Assembly: GCA_963825055.1 (NCBI GenBank)
Contig: CAWGSK010000007.1
Coordinates: 64,001 to 128,000 of the forward strand
Source of the DNA: an uncultured Gemmatimonadales bacterium
Lineage (GTDB): Bacteria > Gemmatimonadota > Gemmatimonadetes > Gemmatimonadales > GWC2-71-9
DNA: 64,000 bases
Direction of reading: 5' to 3'
Position 1 is the first letter of the stretch; every line of letters starts with the position of its first letter. The notes beneath the pieces were generated by a model. The model had not been told where the DNA came from. It did no database searches and saw nothing but the letters and a program-made list of their open reading frames with translations. Made by a program: the position numbers and the translations under genes. Below are positions 10,704 to 19,762 of this stretch, piece by piece.

Positions 10704-11292
10704 CGGCCACCCGATGCGACGGTACCGAGAGCAGGCGCCGGAGGGCGACCATTCCGCTCAGGTACGCCAGCACACTCGACCCGGCGACCAGCGCGAGCCT
10801 GGCCGGTGTGGCCAGGAGGTCTCGCGCGCTGTCGTACCAGGGCTGCTCCATGAGATTGGAGGCGGTGCCGCGCAGCCCGACCCAGAGCAGCTGGTTTCCT
10901 TCACTGGAAAGCCAGTTGCCGGCCTGAATCAGGGCATCGGGGTGGGTGAGGCTCCAGGCGACGCTGAGTCCCATGGATCCGACCAGCGCGGCGGCCACCG
11001 CCGCGGCCCGTCCCCGGGTCTCGGGGGCGGTGAACCGGTGCCTGAGGCCCGCCAGGGTCCAGGCCGACTGCCGTTCCGGCACCCGGACCGAAGCCATGAC
11101 CCGCTCGGCAAACGCTGCCTGCGGGTTGAAAAGCGGCAGGCTGGCGAGCCGGGCGGCGAGTTCGCGCTCCGCTTCCGCGAAGGCGCGGCACTCCGCGCAC
11201 TGTTCGAGGTGGCGCTGTCGGGTGAGCTCCAGGCGCCCAAGCAGGTGGGCGTCCAGCTCGTCCATCGTGAGGTGCAGATCGTCGACTGTCAT
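10690..11292 (-). CDS. Anti-sigma factor, zf-HC2 type, membrane anchored
   Basis: HLEQCAEC zinc motif; TM segments; directly downstream of an ECF sigma. Confidence 0.85.
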   Translation of the reverse strand: MTVDDLHLTMDELDAHLLGRLELTRQRHLEQCAECRAFAEAERELAARLASLPLFNPQAAFAERVMASVRVPERQSAWTLAGLRHRFTAPETRGRAAAVAAALVGSMGLSVAWSLTHPDALIQAGNWLSSEGNQLLWVGLRGTASNLMEQPWYDSARDLLATPARLALVAGSSVLAYLSGMVALRRLLSVPSHRVAGASA

Positions 11293-11329
11293 AACCGCTT
11301 CCTCTTACGGTGCGGGCGGAAGAGAGGTT

Positions 11330-11935
11330 TCACTGGCGGAGGTCGGAGAGAGCTTCTCGTAACTCATTGCGGGCACGGTGGATATACGTCTTCACCGTCC
11401 CGAGGGGCAATTCCAGGATCTCGGCGATTTCCTCGTAGGGACGGCCCTCCACGTGGCGGAGCAGGATGCAGGAGCGGTATTCGGGCCGGAGGCGCCCGAT
11501 GGCTTCCTCGATCGCGCCGCCCAGTTCGCGGGCTTCGAGTTCCTCGAGCGGGGTCTCGCCCCGGTCACCGATCTGGAGCGCGGTAGCCTCGATGGCGTCG
11601 GCAGTCTGGGCGTGCGGGGCCCCGTCGAGGGACAGCGTCTTGAGCTCGCGCCGGCGGAGATGATCGATGGCGGCGTTGTTGGCGATCTTGAAGATCCAGG
11701 AACTGAACTTGTATTCCGGACGGTAGGAGTCGATGGCGTTGAGTGCCTTCACGAAGGTCTCCTGGGAGAGATCCTCGGCCAACTCGCGGTCACGCACCAT
11801 TCGGTAGATGAGCGAGAAGATGGGACGCTCGTATCGTCGGATCAGCTCACGGTAGGCAGCCTCACGCCCGGCCCTCGCCAGGAGCACGACCTCCTGGTCG
11901 GTCGCGTCGGCGAGGACGGCCCGTTCCTCAGCCAT
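11330..11935 (-). CDS. ECF sigma-70 factor (SigW/RpoE-like)
   Basis: AEDLSQETF, FSSWIFKIANN (region 2); YEEIAEILELPLGTVKTYIHRAR (region 4). Confidence 0.95.
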   Translation of the reverse strand: MAEERAVLADATDQEVVLLARAGREAAYRELIRRYERPIFSLIYRMVRDRELAEDLSQETFVKALNAIDSYRPEYKFSSWIFKIANNAAIDHLRRRELKTLSLDGAPHAQTADAIEATALQIGDRGETPLEELEARELGGAIEEAIGRLRPEYRSCILLRHVEGRPYEEIAEILELPLGTVKTYIHRARNELREALSDLRQ

Positions 11936-11988
11936 GAGGACAGCACCAGCTTGCGGACGTCATTCGCGCCCGACTACATTCGCGGCCG

Positions 11989-12717
11989 ATGTCAGCCTCA
12001 GACCCCAGGGTGGCGGCGACCGGCGGCGCGACGAAGCGCGAGTATGTCCGGGGCATGTTTACCGAGATTGCCCCCCGTTACGATCTCCTGAACCATCTGC
12101 TCAGCCTCAATGTGGATCGCCGGTGGCGCCGCCAGGCCGTGGCCGCCCTCGACTGGGAGCGCGTGCCGGATGGCCGCTATCTCGATCTGTGTGCCGGCAC
12201 CCTGGACCTCGCCGCGGCTCTCGCGGCCGAGCCCGGGTTCGCCGGGCGGGTGGTCGGGCTCGACTTCGTACGGCCCATGCTTGTGCTCGGGCGGGACAAG
12301 GCGTCCGCCGTCTCGCCCGTCCATGGCGACGCGCAGGACCTGCCGTTCCCACACGCGGCTTTCGACGGGGCCACCGTGGGCTTCGGCGTCCGCAACCTGG
12401 CCGACCTCGACCGGGGGTTGCAGGAAGCGGCGCGCGTGCTGAAACCGGGCGCGCGGCTGGTGGTCCTGGAGTTCACGACGCCGCCACGGCAGCCCATGCG
12501 CGCGTTCTATCTCGCCTACTTCCGGCATGTCCTGCCCACCATCGGGCGTCTGGTGTCGAAACATAGGACGGCCTACAGCTACCTGCCAGAGTCGGTTCTG
12601 CACTTTCCCGGGCCCGACGCCTTCGCCACGCGCATGGCGGACGCCGGATTCTCCGACGTGCGATATTCCTTCCTGTTCGGCGGGATCTGCGCCATCCACT
12701 CCGGCGTCCGGGCCTGA
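11989..12717 (+). CDS. menG: Demethylmenaquinone methyltransferase (UbiE/MenG)
   Basis: MFTEIAPRYDLLNHLLS, LDLCAGT, FGVRN and AYSYLPES motifs. Confidence 0.9.
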   Translation: MSASDPRVAATGGATKREYVRGMFTEIAPRYDLLNHLLSLNVDRRWRRQAVAALDWERVPDGRYLDLCAGTLDLAAALAAEPGFAGRVVGLDFVRPMLVLGRDKASAVSPVHGDAQDLPFPHAAFDGATVGFGVRNLADLDRGLQEAARVLKPGARLVVLEFTTPPRQPMRAFYLAYFRHVLPTIGRLVSKHRTAYSYLPESVLHFPGPDAFATRMADAGFSDVRYSFLFGGICAIHSGVRA

Positions 12718-12742
12718 GCCCGGCACCAGCGGAAGGGTACTC

Positions 12743-14239
12743 ATGAGTATCGACAACATCCGGGAGTTCCTGGAGGCGATCGACGCGGTCGGCGAGCTGG
12801 TCCGGGTGCGCGAGCCGGTGCGCGCCCGGCTGGAGATCGCCGAGATCGCGGACCGCTGCATGAAGTCGCCCGGGGGCGGCCCGGCCCTGCTCTTCGAGAA
12901 CGTCGTGCTGGATGACGGCAGCCGGAGCGCGCACCCCGTCGCCATCAACCTCTTCGGCTCGATGCGGCGGATGTGCCTCGCGCTCGGCGTCGAACAGCTC
13001 GATGAGGTGGGCGCCCGGATCGAGGAGATGCTGAATCTCAAGGTGCCCGAAGGCATCCTGGGGAAACTCGCCATGCTTCCGCGCCTGGCCGAACTGTCGA
13101 AATTCCCCCCGCGGACCAGGGGCGGGAAGCCGCCCTGTCAGGAAGTCGTCCTGCGCGGGGAGGAGGTCGACCTCGCCTCGCTCCCCATCCTGACGACCTG
13201 GCCGGAGGACGGGGGCCCGTATCTGACGCTGCCGATGGTGATAACGCGCGATCCATCGCGCGGGATCCGGAACGTGGGCATGTACCGGGTCCAGGTGCTG
13301 GGGAAGGACAGCCTCGCCATGCACTGGCAGCGGCACAAGGTGGGGGCCGCGCACTGGCGCGAGATGGCGGCACGTGGCGAGAAAATGTCTGTGGTCATTG
13401 CGCTGGGCGGCGATCCGGCCAGTGTCTACTCGGGGAGCGCGCCGCTGCCGCCCACCATCGACGAGTTCATCTTCGCCGGGTTCGTGCGGCGGAAGCCCGT
13501 CGAGCTGGCGAAGGCCCTCACCTGCGACCTCGAGGTGCCCGCCGAAGCCGAGGTTGTCATCGAGGGGTACATCGACCCGGCGGAAGACCTCGTGCTCGAA
13601 GGCCCATTCGGCGACCACACCGGTTTCTACTCGCTGGCGGACTACTACCCGAAGGTACACGTCACCGCCGTCACCATGCGGAAGCATCCGGTCTACATCG
13701 CCACGCTGGTCGGTCGGCCGCCGATGGAGGACTACTACCTCGGCCACGCCACGGAGCGGATCTTCCTCCCGCTGCTCAAACTCACCGTGCCGGAGATCGT
13801 GGACTACCACATGCCGGCGCCGGGCATCTTCCACAATCTCGTCTTCGTCTCCATCGACAAGCAGTACCCGGGGCAGGCATGGAAGGTCATGAACGCCCTC
13901 TGGGGGCAGGGGCTCATGTCACTGGCGAAGGTCCTGGTGGTGGTGGACCGCGAGGTCAATGTCCGGGACCCGGACGAAGCGTGGTGGGTGGCGCTCAACA
14001 ATATCGATCCCGAGCGTGACGTCCGGTTTACGATGGGGCCTGTGGACGTGCTGGACCACGCGAGCCGTGCCTTCACGTACGGCAGCAAGATGGGCATCGA
14101 TGCCACCCGCAAGTGGAAGGAAGAGGGCTTCGACCGGGAGTGGCCCGACCGGATCGTCATGGACGAAGAGACGAAGCAGCGGGTGGATGGGATGTGGAGC
14201 AGACTGGGAATTACGCTGCCGGTGAACGGTGAACGGTGA
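12743..14239 (+). CDS. UbiD-family (menaquinone biosynthesis) decarboxylase
   Basis: RNVGMYR, EGPFGDHTGFY, GRPPMED and SKMGIDAT motifs; ATG at 12743. Confidence 0.93.
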   Translation: MSIDNIREFLEAIDAVGELVRVREPVRARLEIAEIADRCMKSPGGGPALLFENVVLDDGSRSAHPVAINLFGSMRRMCLALGVEQLDEVGARIEEMLNLKVPEGILGKLAMLPRLAELSKFPPRTRGGKPPCQEVVLRGEEVDLASLPILTTWPEDGGPYLTLPMVITRDPSRGIRNVGMYRVQVLGKDSLAMHWQRHKVGAAHWREMAARGEKMSVVIALGGDPASVYSGSAPLPPTIDEFIFAGFVRRKPVELAKALTCDLEVPAEAEVVIEGYIDPAEDLVLEGPFGDHTGFYSLADYYPKVHVTAVTMRKHPVYIATLVGRPPMEDYYLGHATERIFLPLLKLTVPEIVDYHMPAPGIFHNLVFVSIDKQYPGQAWKVMNALWGQGLMSLAKVLVVVDREVNVRDPDEAWWVALNNIDPERDVRFTMGPVDVLDHASRAFTYGSKMGIDATRKWKEEGFDREWPDRIVMDEETKQRVDGMWSRLGITLPVNGER

Positions 14240-14276
14240 ACGGTGAACGGTGAACGGTGAACGGTGAACCGGTGAG
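14220..14276 (+). repeat. Heptamer tandem repeat CGGTGAA x7 plus one CGGTGAG
   Basis: Read directly; contains the ubiD stop (14237-14239) and runs into the next start. Confidence 0.95.
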
Positions 14277-15174
14277 CGGGGTGCCGGTGCGGGAAGGGCA
14301 GACGTTCGAGGGTCGCGCGTTGCTCGTGCGGTACGCAAATTTCGTCAAGCTGCCCCACACGCTCTTCGCACTCCCCTTCGCGCTGCTCGGCGTCCTGGCG
14401 GCCAGCCGGGTAGCCCCGGTGACGGTCCGGATTGTGGCCCTTGTGGTCGTTGCGTTCAGCGCGGCGCGCTGGGTCGCGATGGGTTTCAACCGGATCGCCG
14501 ACCGGGACTTCGACGCGCGGAACCCCCGGACCCGGGGAAGGGAACTTCCCACCGGCGCGCTGACGCTCCGTCAGGCCTGGGTGTCGGTGGCTCTGGCCGG
14601 TGCGCTCTTCGTGGCGGCGTCCGCCCTGCTCAACCCGCTCTGCCTTGCGCTGTCGCCCGTGGCCCTCGCCTGGATCACGCTCTATTCCCTGAGCAAGCGC
14701 TTCACCTGGTGGCCCCACCTGTGGCTGGGGTTCAGCCTGGCCATCGCGCCGGTGGGCGGCTGGCTCGCCGTGACGGGCCGGTGGAGCCACCCGTGGTGGC
14801 TGCTGCTCGTGATCACCCTGGCCGTCGCGACCTGGGTGGCCGGCTTCGACGTGTTCTACGCGCTTCCCGACGCGCGCTTCGACCGCGAGGCCGGGCTCCG
14901 GAGTGCCGTCGTCCGGCTCGGCGAGCATAAGGCCATCCTGCTGGCGAAGCTGCTCCACGGCGTGACGATCGTCTCCCTGGCCCTTTTCGGGTGGGTCGCC
15001 GGGTTCGGCACCTGGTACGCCGCCGGCGTGGTGGCGGCCGCCCTGATCCTCGCCTGGGAGCACCGGCTGGTTCGCCCCGGCGACCTCTCTCGCCTCGACT
15101 CGGCCTTCTTCACGATGAACGGCGTGATGTCGATGACGGTGTTTGTGTTTGCCCTGGTGGACAGGGTGGTGTGA
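14272..15174 (+). CDS. UbiA-like polyprenyltransferase (MqnP-type); start 14257-14281 uncertain
   Basis: KLPHTLFALPFA, FNRIADRDFDARNPRT and AGFDVFYALPD motifs; multiple TMs. Confidence 0.9.
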   Translation: MSGVPVREGQTFEGRALLVRYANFVKLPHTLFALPFALLGVLAASRVAPVTVRIVALVVVAFSAARWVAMGFNRIADRDFDARNPRTRGRELPTGALTLRQAWVSVALAGALFVAASALLNPLCLALSPVALAWITLYSLSKRFTWWPHLWLGFSLAIAPVGGWLAVTGRWSHPWWLLLVITLAVATWVAGFDVFYALPDARFDREAGLRSAVVRLGEHKAILLAKLLHGVTIVSLALFGWVAGFGTWYAAGVVAAALILAWEHRLVRPGDLSRLDSAFFTMNGVMSMTVFVFALVDRVV

Positions 15175-15178
15175 TCCG

Positions 15179-15316
15179 CGTTAAGTCGTTGAATCGTTAA
15201 GTAGTTGAGTAGTTGCAACAGCGGCCTGTCAGTGCTCGGCGCCGTCACGCCTTCATTACCTTTCACGACTCAACCACTCAACCACTCAACCACTCAACCA
15301 CTCAACCACTCAACCA
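15179..15316. repeat. Inverted pair of octamer arrays: (c/a)GTT(a/g)A(g/a)T x4.5 at 15179-15215 and CTCAACCA x6 at 15269-15316
   Basis: Read directly; the arms are mutually reverse-complementary families. Confidence 0.9.
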
Positions 15317-15326
15317 CTTGATCAAC

Positions 15327-15911
15327 ATGCCCTCCTCCCTCCCCGTCGTCCTCGCCATCACCGGAGCCTCCGGCGCTCCGTACGGGGTGCGTCTGCTGGA
15401 GGTGCTGGCCGGGGCCCGGGTACCGGTCTGGCTGATCGTCTCCCGGCACGGGTGGCGGCTGCTTCAGCAGGAGAGCGACATCCGGGATGAGGCGGCACTC
15501 CGGGAGCGGACGGGGGACTGGTCCTCGGTGACGCTGCTGCCCGATGATGACCGAGGCGCGGTGGCCGCGTCCGGGTCACGCCGGACGGCGGGCATGGTGA
15601 TCTGTCCCTGCTCGATGGGCACGGTCTCCGCCATTGCGCAGGGGAGCAGCAGGTCGCTGGTGGAACGGGCCGCTGATGTGACGCTCAAGGAGCGCCGCCG
15701 CCTGATTCTGGTCCCGCGAGAGACGCCTCTCTCGCTGGTGCACCTGCGCAATCTCGTGTCTGTCACGGAGGCTGGCGCGACCGTCATTCCCGCCGCGCCG
15801 GGCTTCTATCACCGACCGTCGGGGATCGACGACCTGGTGGACTTCATCGTCCAGCGGATCCTGGACCAGCTCGGCCTCGAGATCGACATCGCTCCGCGCT
15901 GGCAGGGCTGA
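15327..15911 (+). CDS. ubiX: UbiX-family flavin prenyltransferase
   Basis: ITGASGAPYG, ASGS, PCSMGT, RAADVTLKERR, RETP and PGFY motifs. Confidence 0.95.
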   Translation: MPSSLPVVLAITGASGAPYGVRLLEVLAGARVPVWLIVSRHGWRLLQQESDIRDEAALRERTGDWSSVTLLPDDDRGAVAASGSRRTAGMVICPCSMGTVSAIAQGSSRSLVERAADVTLKERRRLILVPRETPLSLVHLRNLVSVTEAGATVIPAAPGFYHRPSGIDDLVDFIVQRILDQLGLEIDIAPRWQG

Positions 15912-16387
15912 TGCGCCTCGGCATCATCTCCGATACCCACGGCCTGCTGCGCCCCGAGGTGTTCGAGCAATTCGCCGAAGTGGACCGGATCCTCCATGCG
16001 GGGGATATCGGCCCTCCGGACCTGCTGGAGGAACTGGCGGCGATAGCGCCGGTCACCGCCGTCTGGGGGAACACGGATGGCTGGGATATCCGGGCTGCAG
16101 TGCCGGAAACGGTGGAGGAGGAGATCGAGGGGCTCGCCTTCGTGATCACCCACGGCCACCAGTTCGGCTCGCCCACGCCGGAAAACCTGCATCAGGCCTT
16201 CCCCGATGCCGACGTCCTGATCTTCGGCCACACCCACCGGCCGCTGCTGGCCACGGTGGACGTGGTCCGGACGGCCATGAACCCGGGCGGCGCGGGCCAC
16301 CCGCGGTTCGGGATCCCGCCCTCGGTGGGGATCATGGAACTCGAGGCCGGCCTTCCCCCACGCGCCCGCCTCATCCCCCTTCTGTAG
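15911..16387 (+). CDS. Metallophosphoesterase, YfcE/MJ0936 family
   Basis: SDTHG, HAGD, GNTD, THGH, GHTH and NPG motifs. Confidence 0.92.
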   Translation: MRLGIISDTHGLLRPEVFEQFAEVDRILHAGDIGPPDLLEELAAIAPVTAVWGNTDGWDIRAAVPETVEEEIEGLAFVITHGHQFGSPTPENLHQAFPDADVLIFGHTHRPLLATVDVVRTAMNPGGAGHPRFGIPPSVGIMELEAGLPPRARLIPLL

Positions 16388-16390
16388 CAA

Positions 16391-16430
16391 TTCAACCATT
16401 CAGCCACTCAACGACTCAACCACTCACCGA
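16391..16430 (-). repeat. Octamer tandem repeat, 5 degenerate copies (plus strand YTCAACCA family)
   Basis: ttcaacca ttcagcca ctcaacga ctcaacca ctcaccga between convergent stops at 16387 and 16432. Confidence 0.85.
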
Positions 16431-16431
16431 T

Positions 16432-16866
16432 TTACGGCTTCTCATCATCCGTCGGCGGGTTCCGGCTCTCCGGGTTCATGCCAAGCCCACCGATTTTTCC
16501 TTCCGGCGTAATCACCCAGCGTATCACGATGGGCTCACCCTGGAACTTGCTGAACCACACCGTGCGCCAGTACTGCGGCTGTCCGTTCCGCATCCTGACG
16601 CGCTCGCTCACGACGGAGTCCTCGGTGCCGCCTCGCATCTGGATCTCCATCGAACGCTGGACGAACCAGTCAGGACTGCCCAGCTCCTTCTGCCATCCGC
16701 TGTCCACCATGGCCCAGAGGCTGTCCACCCGGCCGGAGTAGAGGTACATGGTCGCTTCCCGGCCCACGGCGATGGTGTCGAAGGGAGCGGGGGCGCTCTG
16801 CTGGGCCAGCAGGGGACTGGCCATGCCCGCCAGAAGGGAAGCGGTGAGAAGGATGGTCGGTTTCAT
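16432..16866 (-). CDS. Hypothetical secreted protein (paralog A)
   Basis: GGAG RBS; signal peptide MKPTILLTASLLAGMASPLLA; clear similarity to the neighbouring ORF. Confidence 0.8.
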   Translation of the reverse strand: MKPTILLTASLLAGMASPLLAQQSAPAPFDTIAVGREATMYLYSGRVDSLWAMVDSGWQKELGSPDWFVQRSMEIQMRGGTEDSVVSERVRMRNGQPQYWRTVWFSKFQGEPIVIRWVITPEGKIGGLGMNPESRNPPTDDEKP

Positions 16867-16948
16867 GTGTGCTCCAGTGGAAAGGCGTGGGGGCATTGGG
16901 CGTACGGCCCACTGCCTCCACGCTGTTCGTGATCTGCGAGGGTGGTGC

Positions 16949-17401
16949 TCAGTTGCCCATGGCCAGAATCTGGTCGTCCGACAGGGGATTCCGGCTTGCC
17001 GGATTCACCCCCAGGCCCCCGATCTTTCCGTCGGGCATGATCATCCAGCGGAGGACCACCGGCTCGGCGGCATAGCCGCTGAACTTCGCCGTGCGCCAGT
17101 ACTGGGGCTGACCCTCGCGCATGATGACCTCGTCCTGGACCAGCTTCTTCTCCTCGCCCGCCCGGTCCCTGAGTTCCCGGGCGTGCTCGACGAACCATGC
17201 CGGGCTGCCGAGCTCCTTCTGCCACGATGGGGAGATCATGGCCCAGAGACTGTCAACGCGGCCCCGGTAGAAGTACCGGGTGGCCTGGCGCCCGATGGCG
17301 ACCGCGTCAACGGTCGGGAGCACGGCCTGCTGGGCAGGCGCGGGGGTGGGGGCGACGGAGGCCGTGGCGAGGACGGTGGCCAGAAGGACTGTCGGTTTCA
17401 T
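16949..17401 (-). CDS. Hypothetical secreted protein (paralog B)
   Basis: GGAG RBS; signal peptide; shares GRVDSLWAM, WQKELGSPxWFV, GQPQYWRT and GKIGGLG with paralog A. Confidence 0.8.
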   Translation of the reverse strand: MKPTVLLATVLATASVAPTPAPAQQAVLPTVDAVAIGRQATRYFYRGRVDSLWAMISPSWQKELGSPAWFVEHARELRDRAGEEKKLVQDEVIMREGQPQYWRTAKFSGYAAEPVVLRWMIMPDGKIGGLGVNPASRNPLSDDQILAMGN

Positions 17402-17483
17402 ATCGGCTCCAGCCGTAAAGGGTTGATTGCTCAGCCCTCCTACGGCCGGTCGTTTCACGGAGTTTCAACCTGAAACTTCAGAT

Positions 17484-19667
17484 TCAGCCTGAAACCTGAA
17501 ACGGGGTTGCCCGGGTGGCCTCGGCGCTTCCGGCGCGGACGGTCACCACGAGCCACCAGTCTCCCTTCCCCGCGCCCTCCAGGCGGAGGCTGCGGGAGAC
17601 GCGCACCGTGCCCTCCGCTGGGTTCTCGCGGAAGCTGAGGCTCATGGCGGCCTTTCCGGGGTGCCGGGGGTCGAAGGGCTTCCCCTCCCGCCTCCGGACC
17701 ACCATCACGCGGGTCTCCCAGGCCTTTCCGTCAGGGAGGCCATAAACCTCGTAATAGAGCCGGGTGATTTCCCCCGGCCGGTAGGCGCGGAATGGGTCGA
17801 AGACCACCGTATCAGCAGGGCTGGCGAACCAGGCCGGGCCGGCATCCGACCGGCCCAGCACCAGGTCGCTGAGCTCGAGCCGACGGCCGTCGAAGGCGGC
17901 TGCCTCCACCTGCCCGGTCGGCAGGAGAGTGCCGGTGGAATCACCACGCTCCAGCGCCGCATGGTACCGCCAGGTGCCCGGCGGGAGCGCCACGGCGGCG
18001 TGGGCCAGCAGGAACCCGCCTTCCCGGGCTCCCTCAGGGATGTCGAGGAGAAGCGGCTGTTCCACGTGGTGGAATGTGGTGGCGGCGCTGTCGAAGAAGG
18101 TCACTTTGAGGCGCAGCACGACGGTGGACGGAGCCGCCGCAGAGTCGGCGGCGGTCACCGGCAGCCCCAGCACGAGGTGGACCAGGCTCCCATCGCGCGT
18201 CCGCCCGACGTTCAGGGTGGAAGCGATGACGTCGAGGGGCCGGGCGTAGCGGAGCAGGTGATCGTCGGTTTCGGTGCCGAGCACGATGCTCGTCATGCCG
18301 ATCTCGCGTTCCCGGCGGCGCACCCGGGCTGCACCCTCCGGTCCCCAGGCCATCATCTTCGTGTAGAGGTCGGAGAGCGGCTCCCGTGACTGGAGCAGCA
18401 TGTCCATCGGCAGGAACCGCGCGTCGCCCCGCAGGTCGTAGATGCTGGGTACGAGCCGGTAGTCGGCGATGTCGCCGCCCTCGGTGCCCTTGCCCCCGGC
18501 GCTGAAATGCAGAAGGAAGTCGCCATCGGGCCGGTGATACACCCAGGACTCATTCGGCATCATCCCCATCATGGGGCCGCCGACCTTCTCGTCAGGCGGA
18601 CCGTGGCGGACATACATGATGCCGCGGTCGTCCAGCCCCTGGCTGCCCGACCGGTACGGATCGACCCGGCTGTAGCGCCGCCGGTTGGTGAGCAGCGGAT
18701 AGTGCGACCGTGCCCACGCCAGGCGCGCATAGTGTTCGCGCAGTCGCTCGTGGTCTCCACGGAGGTCCAGCCGGTCCCGCCGCGCCCAGAACTGGCGCAG
18801 GAACGCCACCCGTGCCATCCCCTTGGCCCCGTCGAAGGCCGCCAGTTCGCCGCTGTCCGCGATGAACGCCAGGTCCCGGCGATAGGCGGCGACCACGGCC
18901 GAGTCATCGGATGCCGCTCCGGCGTAATAGTGCCGGGCGCCCTCGAGCCTGCCCTGGACGAACAGCGCCCGCGCGAGGTCGAGTTCCGCCAGCCCGTCCC
19001 CGGCCCCGCCTTGCACCAGCCGGCGCCCGGCCACGGAGACCGCGCTGTCCGGATCGCCCACCAGTCGCTCCAGTCGGGCCCGGGCGGCGAGGACGTTTGC
19101 CGGGACATCGTCCCCCGCCGCGCGCAGGCGCTCCAGCGTTCCCCGTTCCACGGCCGTGTCGCCGATCTCGGCGCTGACCTGGCTCAGGCCGGCAAGGGCC
19201 GGCAGGAAGTGCGGATCGCGATCCAGTGCCTCCTCGAAGGCCTCCACCGCGTCCCGCCGGGCCCCGTCGCCTACCCGGAGGCCGATATTGAGCGGTTCGG
19301 CCGCCTGCCAGTCGGCCTGGCCCGCGCTGGCCAGGCCATGGCCGTACCATGGAAACGGCCAGGTGAGCATCCCCCGCGCCCGGTCAAACGCCCGCCCCGC
19401 CCGGCCGAATTCCCAGCCATCGGCCAGTTCAGCGAGCCGGAGGCGCACGATTCCTTCCTGAATCGCGACCACCGGATCGGGGGAGCCGCTGTCCCATGCC
19501 TCGTGCAGCGAATCCCTGAGCTGTTCAAGGGGACGGACGGCCTGGACGCCCGCCAGCGAATCCAGCAGACCGAGCAACTGCGACCGGGTAGCCGGAGACT
19601 GCCCCGGGAGCCGGACCGGCAGGAGCGGGGCAAGGGCGAGCAGGAGGAGGGGAAGTCGTGGTTTCAT
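17484..19667 (-). CDS. GWxTD-domain-like secreted protein with TPR-like N-terminus
   Basis: Signal peptide at ATG 19667; FLRQFWARRD...EHYARL...DDRGIMYVRHGPPD...ESWVY pattern. Confidence 0.75.
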   Translation of the reverse strand: MKPRLPLLLLALAPLLPVRLPGQSPATRSQLLGLLDSLAGVQAVRPLEQLRDSLHEAWDSGSPDPVVAIQEGIVRLRLAELADGWEFGRAGRAFDRARGMLTWPFPWYGHGLASAGQADWQAAEPLNIGLRVGDGARRDAVEAFEEALDRDPHFLPALAGLSQVSAEIGDTAVERGTLERLRAAGDDVPANVLAARARLERLVGDPDSAVSVAGRRLVQGGAGDGLAELDLARALFVQGRLEGARHYYAGAASDDSAVVAAYRRDLAFIADSGELAAFDGAKGMARVAFLRQFWARRDRLDLRGDHERLREHYARLAWARSHYPLLTNRRRYSRVDPYRSGSQGLDDRGIMYVRHGPPDEKVGGPMMGMMPNESWVYHRPDGDFLLHFSAGGKGTEGGDIADYRLVPSIYDLRGDARFLPMDMLLQSREPLSDLYTKMMAWGPEGAARVRRREREIGMTSIVLGTETDDHLLRYARPLDVIASTLNVGRTRDGSLVHLVLGLPVTAADSAAAPSTVVLRLKVTFFDSAATTFHHVEQPLLLDIPEGAREGGFLLAHAAVALPPGTWRYHAALERGDSTGTLLPTGQVEAAAFDGRRLELSDLVLGRSDAGPAWFASPADTVVFDPFRAYRPGEITRLYYEVYGLPDGKAWETRVMVVRRREGKPFDPRHPGKAAMSLSFRENPAEGTVRVSRSLRLEGAGKGDWWLVVTVRAGSAEATRATPFQVSG

Positions 19668-19700
19668 GGCAATGACCCTTGGTCTTCCCAGTATAGCAGA

Positions 19701-19741
19701 CGGCGGGGGGTGGGGCGATACCGCCGCCCCACCCCCCGCCG
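19701..19741 (-). terminator. Perfect 17-bp GC stem-loop downstream of the TonB receptor (terminator or stabilising hairpin)
   Basis: cggcggggggtggggcg-7 nt-cgccccaccccccgccg; no clear U tail. Confidence 0.7.
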
Positions 19742-19762
19742 GTGACCCGCTCTGGGCCGGGT

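Noticed and set aside
15213..15326. N-terminal extensions such as STTQPLNH (ubiX) and STTQRLND (dtd), and HRSPFTV ORFs
   Set aside because: These are translations of the repeat arrays; family homology starts at the later ATGs.
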